This document shows positions 1 to 7,292 of a stretch of 64,000 nucleotides of DNA, piece after piece. A model generated the notes under the pieces. The model was not told the origin of the DNA. It saw nothing but the letters and a program-made list of their open reading frames with translations, and searched no databases. The DNA is from a virus. The stretch lies in the IMG/VR virus record IMGVR_UViG_3300024339_000005; one strand, 5' to 3'. The stretch's first letter is position 1. Every line of letters begins with the position of its first letter. Made by a program: the position numbers and the translations under genes.

Positions 1-204
1 TTCTGTGGTATCGGCGCCCACTGGCTAAAAAATTTAGTTGCTGTATTCACCCTAGTAAAGTTTAACGGGATGCCAATTTACAGTTTTCTTCTGCATTCTA
101 ATTTTTTCCAGTGGTTAGACTTCCACCCAGTCCCATATTTCAGAGACATTCTGATTTGTTTTAGTTGCTGAAATCATCCCTAATTTCGTAATCTTCATTA
201 TCTT

Positions 205-234
205 GATCATACTACGTTTTTTGTGTTTCGTCAA
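205..234 (-). promoter_or_regulatory. sigma70-type early promoter
   Basis: TTGACG-17-TATGAT(C). Confidence 0.75.
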
Positions 235-276
235 TACTTTTTTTGAGAAAATATTGACATACCTGTTTCAGAGAAT

Positions 277-351
277 TGGTACTCCCGGCTGGACTTGAAC
301 CAACATCATAACCGTTATGAGCGATAGGCTTTACCGTTAAGCTACGAGAGC
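277..351 (-). tRNA. tRNA CAT (Met or Ile2)
   Basis: Cloverleaf, loop CT-CAT-AA, T-loop TTCAAGT, CCA. Confidence 0.9.
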
Positions 352-356
352 AATCT

Positions 357-432
357 TGGAGCGGCCAGGGAGAATCGAACTCCACTCAGTACGGGTTGGA
401 AACCCGACGACTGATCCCGTCAGCTTGGCCGC
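357..432 (-). tRNA. tRNA-Gly(TCC)
   Basis: Loop TT-TCC-AA, TTCGATT, CCA. Confidence 0.9.
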
Positions 433-435
433 AAT

Positions 436-509
436 TGGTGCCGCTACGAGGAATCGAACCCCGAAATTCTGATTACAAAACAGACATTATGCCATTTAAT
501 TATAGCGGC
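436..509 (-). tRNA. tRNA-Thr(TGT)
   Basis: Loop TT-TGT-AA, CCA. Confidence 0.92.
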
Positions 510-517
510 GTTATTTC

Positions 518-772
518 TTATTTCTCGGCTGGTCCTTCAATTGCGTTGATAACTTGTTCAACAGGATCAAACCCCGCTTCAATCGCAGCGGCTTCGGCAA
601 TTAGGTCTTGACCTTTATCACCAAATACTTTTTGTGGTGCGAGCCAGCGAATGCTTCTTGCAAGACGGGTAGGGCATTTTGTAATTACGCCACCGTTTGC
701 TAGGAATTCGGCTGTCAGTCTTTCAATTTCTTTTCGTTGTTGAATTTTCTCAATTGAAGGCGATACCATCAT
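518..772 (-). CDS. small protein with SutA-like RNAP-binding motif
   Basis: AEFLANGGVITK resembles the SutA segment EEFLARGGKVQ; own promoter. Confidence 0.5.
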   Translation of the reverse strand: MMVSPSIEKIQQRKEIERLTAEFLANGGVITKCPTRLARSIRWLAPQKVFGDKGQDLIAEAAAIEAGFDPVEQVINAIEGPAEK

Positions 773-801
773 TGTCTCTCTCCGATGTTTCAGTATTTAT
801 T

Positions 802-831
802 GATCATAGTCTATTTGGGTCGAAATGTCAA
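802..831 (-). promoter_or_regulatory. sigma70-type early promoter
   Basis: TTGACA-17-TATGAT(C). Confidence 0.8.
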
Positions 832-837
832 TACTTT

Positions 838-1119
838 TTATCCGCCCATATAAATCTGGTCAAGCATTTCTTTGAAGGCAGATACCTTTTCAACACGATT
901 GGGCCACAAGATATATTCCTTTTCAGGGTTTTCACAGAGGTTCCGCAAGAGTGGTTGAATGGCATTATACAAATTATTCAACTTCTCGTCGGTCTCCTCT
1001 AAATCAAGTTGTGTTTCTGAGGCAGCCAGCGTCGCTGTTTCCGAGGCTGCGACCGCTTCTGTTACTACGGTCAGGTCATCGCCATCAACGAGTGAAAAAC
1101 CAAAATCAAATTCTTCCAT
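838..1119 (-). CDS. T4-like hypothetical protein
   Basis: FDFGFS N-terminus and NPEKEYILWPNR motif. Confidence 0.75.
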   Translation of the reverse strand: MEEFDFGFSLVDGDDLTVVTEAVAASETATLAASETQLDLEETDEKLNNLYNAIQPLLRNLCENPEKEYILWPNRVEKVSAFKEMLDQIYMGG

Positions 1120-1320
1120 CTAAATCTCCAAGTCTATTTTGTTGCCCATGTGGTCATACTTAGGCAATTTCTTTTCGTCTTTATTTATGTCATCAGGTGG
1201 CGTAGGTGGTTCGACTTTCCGCCTTTGCTCAATCCTTTCGTCATATTCAAATGTTGATCTTGTTTTGGCTAATTTCATTGTCTCTCTCAAATTGGTTACG
1301 ACAGGCACCGTCGCGCCCAT
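1120..1320 (-). CDS. hypothetical protein
   Basis: ORF abuts the next gene. Confidence 0.5.
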   Translation of the reverse strand: MGATVPVVTNLRETMKLAKTRSTFEYDERIEQRRKVEPPTPPDDINKDEKKLPKYDHMGNKIDLEI

Positions 1321-1364
1321 CGTCTTAGTATATCCTGCTCTTGGACCTACAGATATACCGTTAT

Positions 1365-1438
1365 TGGTGCCACTAGATAGAATCGAACTATCATCTATCC
1401 CGTACCAGGGGATTGCATTGCCATTGTGCTATAGCGGC
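1365..1438 (-). tRNA. tRNA-Thr(GGT)
   Basis: Loop CT-GGT-AC, CCA. Confidence 0.9.
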
Positions 1439-1761
1439 AGTAATTCTTGTGGTAAGTCGACCATATCAATCAATGTGATTTTATCGCCGTACAGACCTTG
1501 TATTTTATCCCATATCCCAGCCTGCGCCATTGACATTCTTTCAGCGCCAACATGACATTTATAAATGCTACCCGAATGACCGTGGAATAAATAACAATCA
1601 TCTTCTTCAAGGTAACTTGTGTAGGCGATACCAGAATTGATTCTCCATGAATCGCCGTCGAGATATCCACCACTCCAACCACCAAGAACTTTGTAAAGAA
1701 CCTCGTCGTCGTCGTTTTCAATCCGCATAATTTTCCAGTGGTGCGGGTAATATTCAGTCAT
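1429..1761 (-). CDS. conserved phage hypothetical protein
   Basis: YKVLGGWSGGYLDGDSWRINSGI; stop codon lies inside tRNA-Thr. Confidence 0.8.
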   Translation of the reverse strand: MTEYYPHHWKIMRIENDDDEVLYKVLGGWSGGYLDGDSWRINSGIAYTSYLEEDDCYLFHGHSGSIYKCHVGAERMSMAQAGIWDKIQGLYGDKITLIDMVDLPQELLPL

Positions 1762-2140
1762 TTTCGGCCTCCGATTTTTCTTTCCAGCCTGTATCACATG
1801 ATTTTTTTAAAATCCATATTACCGATAATGGCAACAAGACCAAAGACATTGAAAGAATTTCTGATTGAAAATATGTTAAACCAATTACCATTCCTATCAT
1901 AATAGACGCGCCGGCGACCAGCGGGCCAATCCCGATAACAATAAACGCCAATAAAATGAGAGGAATTGTGACAGCGCGTGCCAGCCATAAGAATAATTTG
2001 TTTCGGCAATATTCAGTTTTTGTTTTTGACTCATCTTCTAAATCAGAAAGATACTGCATAGGTATGGTCAAAAAATTGCCCACAGGTGTTATAAACGTAT
2101 CCACATAATCTTCGTAATCGTCAAATCCAAACATTTTCAT
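1754..2140 (-). CDS. membrane protein
   Basis: Several hydrophobic segments. Confidence 0.65.
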   Translation of the reverse strand: MKMFGFDDYEDYVDTFITPVGNFLTIPMQYLSDLEDESKTKTEYCRNKLFLWLARAVTIPLILLAFIVIGIGPLVAGASIMIGMVIGLTYFQSEILSMSLVLLPLSVIWILKKSCDTGWKEKSEAEND

Positions 2141-2152
2141 TCTCTCTCAAAT

Positions 2153-2237
2153 TGGCGAACCCTGAAGGAGTCGAACCTTATGCCATCCACCCAACTCTAA
2201 GGTCCGGTTTAGAAGACCGGTGTCGGGAACAGGGTCC
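2153..2237 (-). tRNA. non-canonical tRNA-Arg(TCT)-like RNA lacking a D-arm
   Basis: CCGGT-CTTCTAA-ACCGG arm, T-arm and CCA; no D hairpin; long variable region. Confidence 0.75.
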
Positions 2238-2254
2238 TAAAATTTATTCTGTGT

Positions 2255-2501
2255 CAGCCGTTTCAGAAACAACATGATCTTCACGGTGTGCCATTACAGC
2301 AATTTTGTATCGACGGCCAAATTCTTCAATTTTTTCAGCCAGCGCCAATTCAATTTCAGAATCTTCGCTATGCATCCAGCCGTTTCAGAAACAACATGAT
2401 CTTCACGGTGTGCCATTACAGCAATTTTGTATCGACGGCCAAATTCTTCAATTTTTTCAGCCAGCGCCAATTCAATTTCAGAATCTTCGCTATGCATCCA
2501 G
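2255..2501. repeat. 122-bp perfect tandem duplication
   Basis: 2255-2376 equals 2377-2498; CAG microhomology at the junction. Confidence 0.95.
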
Positions 2502-2743
2502 GCATTTTTCAGCCCTTCGCTTTCGATATAGTTAAGCAAGACTTCCTCAAGGTCGAGAGGCGGAACCTCAATCGACATTTGTTCGTCGTCGCCTTGTGCG
2601 GTCATGCAAATATACAGTTTGGGTTTTCCGGCAATGGAATCCATACCGATGGTCGCACTAACATCAAGTTCAAATTTCATAATCAATTCCTTAGTTGGCA
2701 GCCCCGCGTGGATTCGAGCCACGATTTCCTGTGTCAGAGACAA
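2294..2743 (-). CDS. hypothetical protein, C-terminus frameshifted by the duplication
   Basis: Without the duplication it would end ETADTE* near 2245. Confidence 0.6.
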   Translation of the reverse strand: MSLTQEIVARIHAGLPTKELIMKFELDVSATIGMDSIAGKPKLYICMTAQGDDEQMSIEVPPLDLEEVLLNYIESEGLKNAWMHSEDSEIELALAEKIEEFGRRYKIAVMAHREDHVVSETAGCIAKILKLNWRWLKKLKNLAVDTKLL

Positions 2744-2921
2744 GCGTTTTGCCGTTAAACTACAGGGCTAATTTCTAATGCAACAAATTTTCAAGGCTGA
2801 ATAATCAGCCCAAGGACAACAACCACGGCGACCCATAACTTGACTTGAAACATCAGCCAATAGGTATCATGCTCGTTCCATTTCATAATCAAATCTCTCT
2901 TTTGTTTCTCTATCTTAATTT

Positions 2922-2951
2922 GATCTTACGCTATTTTTCGGCAAATGTCAA
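2922..2951 (-). promoter_or_regulatory. sigma70-type early promoter
   Basis: TTGACA-17-TAAGAT(C); near-identical to 10055-10104. Confidence 0.8.
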
Positions 2952-2956
2952 TACTT

Positions 2957-3139
2957 TTAAGCGAGATAATTCATTTGGTCGAGAGGCATTTCGACAATTT
3001 CTGGTGAGTTGATTGGGTAGCGAGTTTTATCACGGGTAGCGAGTGCGTCTTTTGCTGCACCTTCGCTATGGAATACGCCGAAGACATATAAGCCTTCATG
3101 CTTGACATTTTCAGTCAGTAGGAATACGGTGACAGGCAT
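2957..3139 (-). CDS. hypothetical protein
   Basis: AGGAG RBS and upstream promoter. Confidence 0.65.
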   Translation of the reverse strand: MPVTVFLLTENVKHEGLYVFGVFHSEGAAKDALATRDKTRYPINSPEIVEMPLDQMNYLA

Positions 3140-3174
3140 CGGCTAACTCCTTTGTGCGGTATCTCTTATATAGT

Positions 3175-3204
3175 GATCTTCGCACAAAGCAAGGCAAATG
3201 TCAA
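3175..3204 (-). promoter_or_regulatory. sigma70-type promoter
   Basis: TTGACA-17-GAAGAT(C). Confidence 0.6.
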
Positions 3205-3221
3205 GTCTTTTTTTTGAGAAT

Positions 3222-3307
3222 TGGCGGATAGCGGAGTATTCGAAACTCAAACATTTCTGTTCCCTTCGGTTAGCAACCGAGCCTAGAACCTATCTAGTTC
3301 ACTATCC
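3222..3307 (-). tRNA. tRNA-Ser(GCT)
   Basis: Loop TT-GCT-AA, long variable arm, G73-CCA. Confidence 0.9.
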
Positions 3308-3627
3308 ATTTCTCTTTTCTTTACAGCTTTTCGGTATTCTATGTCATGGCGGAGCTTTTCAAGGATATGTTTCAAACCTTTGTTAGCATTACCAGGCATC
3401 TTATGCGTTTCAGAACTTTTGATGATTGTATGAATATCGAAAAAACTGATTTGACCACCAATGGAACATTCTTCAATCAACCCGGCTATTTGCCATGAGG
3501 TTCTACCCCAACAAACACCGCGTTTCTTTTCTTGTCGCAATGATTCATCATTGACCAGATTTTTCACGGCATCAGCATTAAACATAGTTTGCGCTAATTT
3601 TGATTTCGGGTCCATCATAAACTCCAT
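3283..3627 (-). CDS. hypothetical protein
   Basis: 114-aa ORF; stop codon lies inside tRNA-Ser. Confidence 0.6.
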   Translation of the reverse strand: MEFMMDPKSKLAQTMFNADAVKNLVNDESLRQEKKRGVCWGRTSWQIAGLIEECSIGGQISFFDIHTIIKSSETHKMPGNANKGLKHILEKLRHDIEYRKAVKKREMDSELDRF

Positions 3628-3636
3628 AAAAAGTTG

Positions 3637-3714
3637 CCGCAGTCGCGTACCTGCTCCCTTTCGGGTATGCGCCTTAGTGGTGTCTGGGCCTTACTATCGG
3701 AACCCCAAACTGCG
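3637..3714 (-). ncRNA. structured intergenic RNA with SRP helix-8-like hairpin
   Basis: Closing stem GCAGT/ACTGC; CCC-GAAA-GGG-AGCAG. Confidence 0.35.
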
Positions 3715-3722
3715 ATCTCTTA

Positions 3723-4280
3723 TTAAGCGGCTACTTCAACGCCGCCTGTCCATTCACCCAACCATGGTATCCATGATTCGTGGGCCACCTTCAATGGGTA
3801 CATACGACGAAGGTCGAGTAACTTCCAATATGAAGGCGTGTATGGCTTATGCTTTGGCTTCCAACGACCCTTAGGTGCGAAGTCGCTTTTTGCGTTGTTG
3901 CATGTTGCACAACAAGCCACTACGTTATCCCATACGTTGCGACCACCCTTTGATTGTGGGTGAACGTGGTCAACGGTGATGTTGGTCAAGGTCAGACCCT
4001 TCTCACAGTAGGCGCAGACGCCATGATCTCTGTAGTAAAGGTATTCAGACGTTAGACCAATGATACGTGGGATGTTGGTGTATTGCTTCCGCATGATAAC
4101 AGAAGGCCAAGCCATCTGTAGCGTTGGTGTTTGAATCATTCGGTCGTATTCTTCAACAACAGAACATGTACCATTAACGATTCTTGTCACAGCATCTTCA
4201 GCCGGAATCCATTCCGGTATCGGCAAAAGTTGGATGGGTGTCATATCCGCATTTAATACTAATGTTCTTAAACCAATCAT
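3723..4280 (-). CDS. HNH endonuclease (McrA-like)
   Basis: CAYC...TVDHVHPQSKGG...WDNVVACCATCNNAK. Confidence 0.92.
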   Translation of the reverse strand: MIGLRTLVLNADMTPIQLLPIPEWIPAEDAVTRIVNGTCSVVEEYDRMIQTPTLQMAWPSVIMRKQYTNIPRIIGLTSEYLYYRDHGVCAYCEKGLTLTNITVDHVHPQSKGGRNVWDNVVACCATCNNAKSDFAPKGRWKPKHKPYTPSYWKLLDLRRMYPLKVAHESWIPWLGEWTGGVEVAA

Positions 4281-4310
4281 GATAACCCCCTTTGCCGAAA
4301 TTTCCAGTGT

Positions 4311-4318
4311 TATAAATA
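4311..4318 (+). promoter_or_regulatory. T4-type late promoter
   Basis: TATAAATA upstream of the GIY-YIG remnant. Confidence 0.6.
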
Positions 4319-4378
4319 ATGTTAGTCGCGGTGTATCAAGCACCCACTAACCCTAATGCTTTATGGAGCAATCAGCAT

Positions 4379-4480
4379 ATGACTATTTATTACACCTACA
4401 GAATCACTTCCAAAACTACTGGTCAGCATTATTATGGCGTTCGCTATGCGAAAAATTGCCATCCTCATGGTTGGATTTGA
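4379..4480 (+). pseudogene. truncated GIY-YIG homing endonuclease
   Basis: MTIYYTYRITSKTTGQHYYGVRYAKNCHP, then runs into an antisense tRNA fragment; GGAG RBS. Confidence 0.75.
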
Positions 4481-4502
4481 ACCAACGACCTACGGCTTTC
4501 AA
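4463..4502 (-). pseudogene. tRNA 3'-half remnant
   Basis: GTTGG-TTCAAAT-CCAAC T-arm; no matching 5' acceptor strand, no CCA. Confidence 0.7.
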
Positions 4503-4535
4503 TGCAAAATTAGTGGCTGAAGGTATCCTAAAAAT

Positions 4536-4611
4536 TGGCAGCCCCTGTAGGATTCGAACCCACAACCACCTGACTCAAAATCAGGCGCACTACCAATTGT
4601 GCTAAGGAGCT
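4536..4611 (-). tRNA. tRNA-Gln(TTG)
   Basis: Loop TT-TTG-AG, CCA. Confidence 0.88.
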
Positions 4612-4617
4612 AGAATT

Positions 4618-4693
4618 TGGTGGACCCGGTCAGATTCGAACTGACAACCTTTTCCGTGCAAGGGAAATACACTCCCAATTGTGTTACGGGCCC
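4618..4693 (-). tRNA. tRNA-Ala(TGC)
   Basis: Loop CT-TGC-AC, G3:U70, CCA. Confidence 0.92.
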
Positions 4694-4699
4694 ATGAAT

Positions 4700-4773
4700 T
4701 GGAGCGACCGGTCGGATTCGAACCGACATATTCTTGTTGGCAACAAGAGATTCTACCTTTGAATTACGGCTGC
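4700..4773 (-). tRNA. tRNA-Gly(GCC)
   Basis: Loop TT-GCC-AA, U73-CCA. Confidence 0.92.
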
Positions 4774-4779
4774 ATTGTT

Positions 4780-4857
4780 TGGTACCCATAGTAGGATTCG
4801 AACCTACAAACACAAGTTTTTAAGACTGGCTGCGTTTCCTGGTTAGCATATACGGGC
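4780..4857 (-). tRNA. tRNA-Leu(TAA), short variable arm
   Basis: Loop CT-TAA-AA; 5-nt variable region. Confidence 0.85.
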
Positions 4858-4863
4858 AGAATT

Positions 4864-4939
4864 TGGTACCCATAGGCGGAGTCGAACCCCCAAACACCTG
4901 CTTTTGAAACAGGCCGCTTTGCCATTTGCGTATACGGGC
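4864..4939 (-). tRNA. tRNA-Leu(CAA), short variable arm
   Basis: Loop TT-CAA-AA. Confidence 0.85.
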
Positions 4940-4942
4940 ATA

Positions 4943-5269
4943 TTAAACGCTGAAGGATGAACCGCAACCGCACTGATTTTTGTGCATGGGATTATTGAAC
5001 ACAAATCCCGATTGAAGTAATTCCTCAACATAATCTATCTCTGTCCCGAACAGGAACAATTGAGATTTTGAATCTATCAATACTTTGATGCCATGCTGAT
5101 CTAAAACTTCATCGCCTTCCTCAATCTCGTTTGAGAATTCCATGAAATTTGAAAAGCCAGAACATCCACCCGATTTCACGCCCAAGCGAACAAACAAATA
5201 ATCCTTACCTTCTAGTAGGGATTTCATTCGGGTAGCGGCGTTCTCGGTTATCGTTGCTATGTCATTCAT
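4943..5269 (-). CDS. iscA: A-type Fe-S cluster carrier (IscA/HesB family)
   Basis: GGCSG and CGCGSSF motifs. Confidence 0.95.
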   Translation of the reverse strand: MNDIATITENAATRMKSLLEGKDYLFVRLGVKSGGCSGFSNFMEFSNEIEEGDEVLDQHGIKVLIDSKSQLFLFGTEIDYVEELLQSGFVFNNPMHKNQCGCGSSFSV

Positions 5270-5274
5270 ATTGG

Positions 5275-5282
5275 TATTTATA
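5275..5282 (-). promoter_or_regulatory. T4-type late promoter
   Basis: TATAAATA just upstream of iscA. Confidence 0.7.
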
Positions 5283-5289
5283 TGTCCTT

Positions 5290-5378
5290 CTTATAAACAT
5301 GCGGGCGTTCTACCATTAAACTAGCCAAGGTTTCCCCGGAGTGGGACTCGAACCCACATTTCCCGCTAACTCTATAAG
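5290..5378 (-). ncRNA. YrlA-like Y RNA (circularly permuted tRNA mimic)
   Basis: T-arm precedes D-arm; acceptor stem closed by a loop; anticodon stem GCGGG/CCCGC extended by CTTATA/TATAAG. Confidence 0.75.
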
Positions 5379-5466
5379 TTCTCCTAAAGCTGATTATCTA
5401 CCGCGTGTAGTCGCGTCCATAGGATAGGCGTGTATTGACGCCTCGTTTTACTTCTGACAAGTATTT

Positions 5467-5542
5467 TGGTGCTAGGAGAGAGATTCGAACTCCCACCGCA
5501 TGGTTCTTCAAACCATCGCTCTACCGTTGGAGCTACCCTAGC
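5467..5542 (-). tRNA. tRNA-Phe(GAA)
   Basis: Loop TT-GAA-GA, CCA. Confidence 0.9.
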
Positions 5543-6111
5543 GAATATTTTTCAAAATCTAAGTCTTCAATAATCAATATATTTTTATCTTTATGTTGTT
5601 TTTGAACTTCAATCATTTTTTCTTTATCGTTGCCCCACCAATATCCTTTTATTTCTATGAATAAATTTAATTCGGGTAAGAAAAAATCTGGAGTATAATG
5701 TTTTTCTTTATCTTTTATTGTATATTTCCAAGGCTTACACCGTTCCCATTCAATTTTTCTTTCTTCTAAAAACATAGCAAACTTTTGCTCCCATGTTCCT
5801 TGAACTTTTTTACCGGCGACTGTAAACCATTTAGAACGTCCGCCGCGATTATTTGTGGATTGAATTATTGATAGTCGTTTGTTCGCTTCGTCGTTGGGCC
5901 TATTAGGACCATATTTTTCCAAAGCAAGTTTTCCAGCTTCGCTTAAAGTTCTTGCCACAATAAAACCAAGTCTATTTGCTCTCATATGGTCACTTTGAGT
6001 CAAAGGCGAGACAGACGAGATTTCTCTCATAGATTTTCCCTGGTTGTAAAGAACAGCATAACGCTTTGCCCTTTCAATCCATTTTGTTTGTTCATCATAT
6101 TTTAATTTCAT
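5533..6111 (-). CDS. PD-(D/E)XK putative homing endonuclease
   Basis: WEQKFA...YTPDFFLP...FIEIKGYW; AT-rich insert in the tRNA array. Confidence 0.85.
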   Translation of the reverse strand: MKLKYDEQTKWIERAKRYAVLYNQGKSMREISSVSPLTQSDHMRANRLGFIVARTLSEAGKLALEKYGPNRPNDEANKRLSIIQSTNNRGGRSKWFTVAGKKVQGTWEQKFAMFLEERKIEWERCKPWKYTIKDKEKHYTPDFFLPELNLFIEIKGYWWGNDKEKMIEVQKQHKDKNILIIEDLDFEKYSLG

Positions 6112-6116
6112 ACAAG

Positions 6117-6124
6117 TATTTATA
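6117..6124 (-). promoter_or_regulatory. T4-type late promoter
   Basis: TATAAATA immediately before the endonuclease ATG. Confidence 0.75.
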
Positions 6125-6134
6125 TAAAACAGAA

Positions 6135-6174
6135 ATTACAAACCGGCGCATTAACCATAACTGCCTACAATGCA
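6135..6174 (-). pseudogene. tRNA 5'-half remnant cut in the anticodon loop
   Basis: GCATTG-TA-D arm-CCGGT-TTGT, followed by the endonuclease cassette. Confidence 0.6.
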
Positions 6175-6177
6175 AAT

Positions 6178-6252
6178 TGGTCGGAAACCCCGGAGTCGAA
6201 CCGGGTATTGCCTGCTCCCAAAGCAGGAGGATTACCGTCTTCCTCGTTTCCG
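6178..6252 (-). tRNA. tRNA-Pro(TGG)
   Basis: Loop TT-TGG-GA, CCA. Confidence 0.92.
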
Positions 6253-6258
6253 TTGATT

Positions 6259-6335
6259 TGGTACCCCTGGAGAGACTCGAACTCCCAACACCTCGGACCT
6301 AAACCGAGTGACTCTTCCAATTGGCCTACAGGGGC
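6259..6335 (-). tRNA. tRNA-Leu(TAG), short variable arm
   Basis: Loop TT-TAG-GT. Confidence 0.88.
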
Positions 6336-6342
6336 ATATGTT

Positions 6343-6429
6343 TGGTTGCGGAAACCCGATTTGAACGAGTGTCGTGAAGGTTATGAGCCTACCGCTGGGG
6401 CCTGATTACCACTCCAGCATCATTCCGCA
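6343..6429 (-). tRNA. tRNA-Met(CAT), initiator-like acceptor end, enlarged D-arm
   Basis: GCGG...CCGCAACCA; loop CT-CAT-AA. Confidence 0.8.
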
Positions 6430-6452
6430 TCATGTTGTATTTAGTTCTTGGT

Positions 6453-6523
6453 TGGTGCCGGAGCTAGGAATCGAACCTAGAACATATTCCGTATGAGAGA
6501 ATAGTGAATCCAATTCCACCGAC
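6453..6523 (-). tRNA. tRNA CAT with reduced D-arm
   Basis: Loop CT-CAT-AC, T-arm, CCA; about 71 nt. Confidence 0.75.
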
Positions 6524-6526
6524 ATA

Positions 6527-6795
6527 ATAGCTTCGGTCACTTTCGCAGACCGACAACGGATAGTTATTCAGGTGGTTCCCTTTTTTTGTATTGTCCATGG
6601 CTCATCAGGAAATCGTTATTCACTATCGACCCTAGAGGGATTAACCACCGTGGCCCGTTTTCTTAAATTGGCTTTGCGAGGTGTTCATTTAAGACCGACT
6701 ACTTTTGCGTTTCGAACCGCGCTTTCGTCACCCATACCCCGGCTCATTTCGCCGGTACTTTATCACTCGGGAGCTACCCGGGATTATTAAGCTAT
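6527..6795 (-). ncRNA. about 270-nt structured ncRNA of unknown family
   Basis: Terminal stem ATAGCTT/AAGCTAT, several internal hairpins, no credible ORF, flanked by tRNAs. Confidence 0.55.
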
Positions 6796-6803
6796 CGCAA
6801 ACT

Positions 6804-6881
6804 TGGCGATCTGGAAGGGACTCAAACCCTCATACACCCGGGAGACAACCGAGGACATTAGTTCATTTATGATACCAGACC
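6804..6881 (-). tRNA. tRNA-Asp(GTC)
   Basis: Loop TT-GTC-TC, G73-CCA. Confidence 0.88.
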
Positions 6882-6890
6882 ATGATTTTT

Positions 6891-6919
6891 GGGGACAGTT
6901 TAAAGACTTGCCCTGGTCT
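6891..6919 (-). ncRNA. small H-type pseudoknot
   Basis: AGAC-CAGGGCAA-GTCT-TTAAAC-TGTCCCC. Confidence 0.45.
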
Positions 6920-6953
6920 GTATTTGGACGGATTTTGCTCCGCCGGGCGTGTT

Positions 6954-7027
6954 TGGTACCCGCAGGAAGAATCGAACTTCCATATTTCGGTTATCAGCCG
7001 AATGTTCTACCGTTGAGCTATACGGGC
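6954..7027 (-). tRNA. tRNA-Ile(GAT)
   Basis: Loop CT-GAT-AA, CCA. Confidence 0.92.
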
Positions 7028-7032
7028 ATAAT

Positions 7033-7106
7033 TGGCGAAGGTGCGAGGAATCGAACCCCGGTCCGCAGGTTTGGAATCTGCTATTCTACCACTGAAATAC
7101 ACCAAC
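7033..7106 (-). tRNA. tRNA-Trp(CCA)
   Basis: Loop TT-CCA-AA; U.U mismatches at 2:71 and 3:70. Confidence 0.85.
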
Positions 7107-7112
7107 ATAAAT

Positions 7113-7187
7113 TGGCGAAGGTGAGAGGAATCGAACCCCCGACGCTCGGTTTTGGAGACCGACGCTCTACCACTGAGCTACACCAAC
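7113..7187 (-). tRNA. tRNA-Trp(CCA), second copy
   Basis: Loop CT-CCA-AA; same U.U mismatches. Confidence 0.85.
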
Positions 7188-7193
7188 ATGAAT

Positions 7194-7288
7194 TAGTTAT
7201 CCCCTTCGGAATCGAACCCACATCGCTCTCTAATCTGGAGACTGTGCGGTTTATAAAACCGGTGTTTTACCGTTAAACTATAGGGGTA
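7194..7288 (-). tRNA. tRNA with TAT anticodon and long variable arm; degenerate 3' end
   Basis: CCGGT-TT-TAT-AA-ACCGC; no CCA. Confidence 0.6.
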
Positions 7289-7292
7289 TTAT

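Noticed and set aside
5395-5466. Theta/HDV-like ribozyme in the tRNA-Phe trailer
   Set aside because: I could not assign the nested double pseudoknot by eye.
6540-6610. Hammerhead ribozyme suggested by CTGATGAG
   Set aside because: I could not build stem II with GAAA and stems I and III around it.
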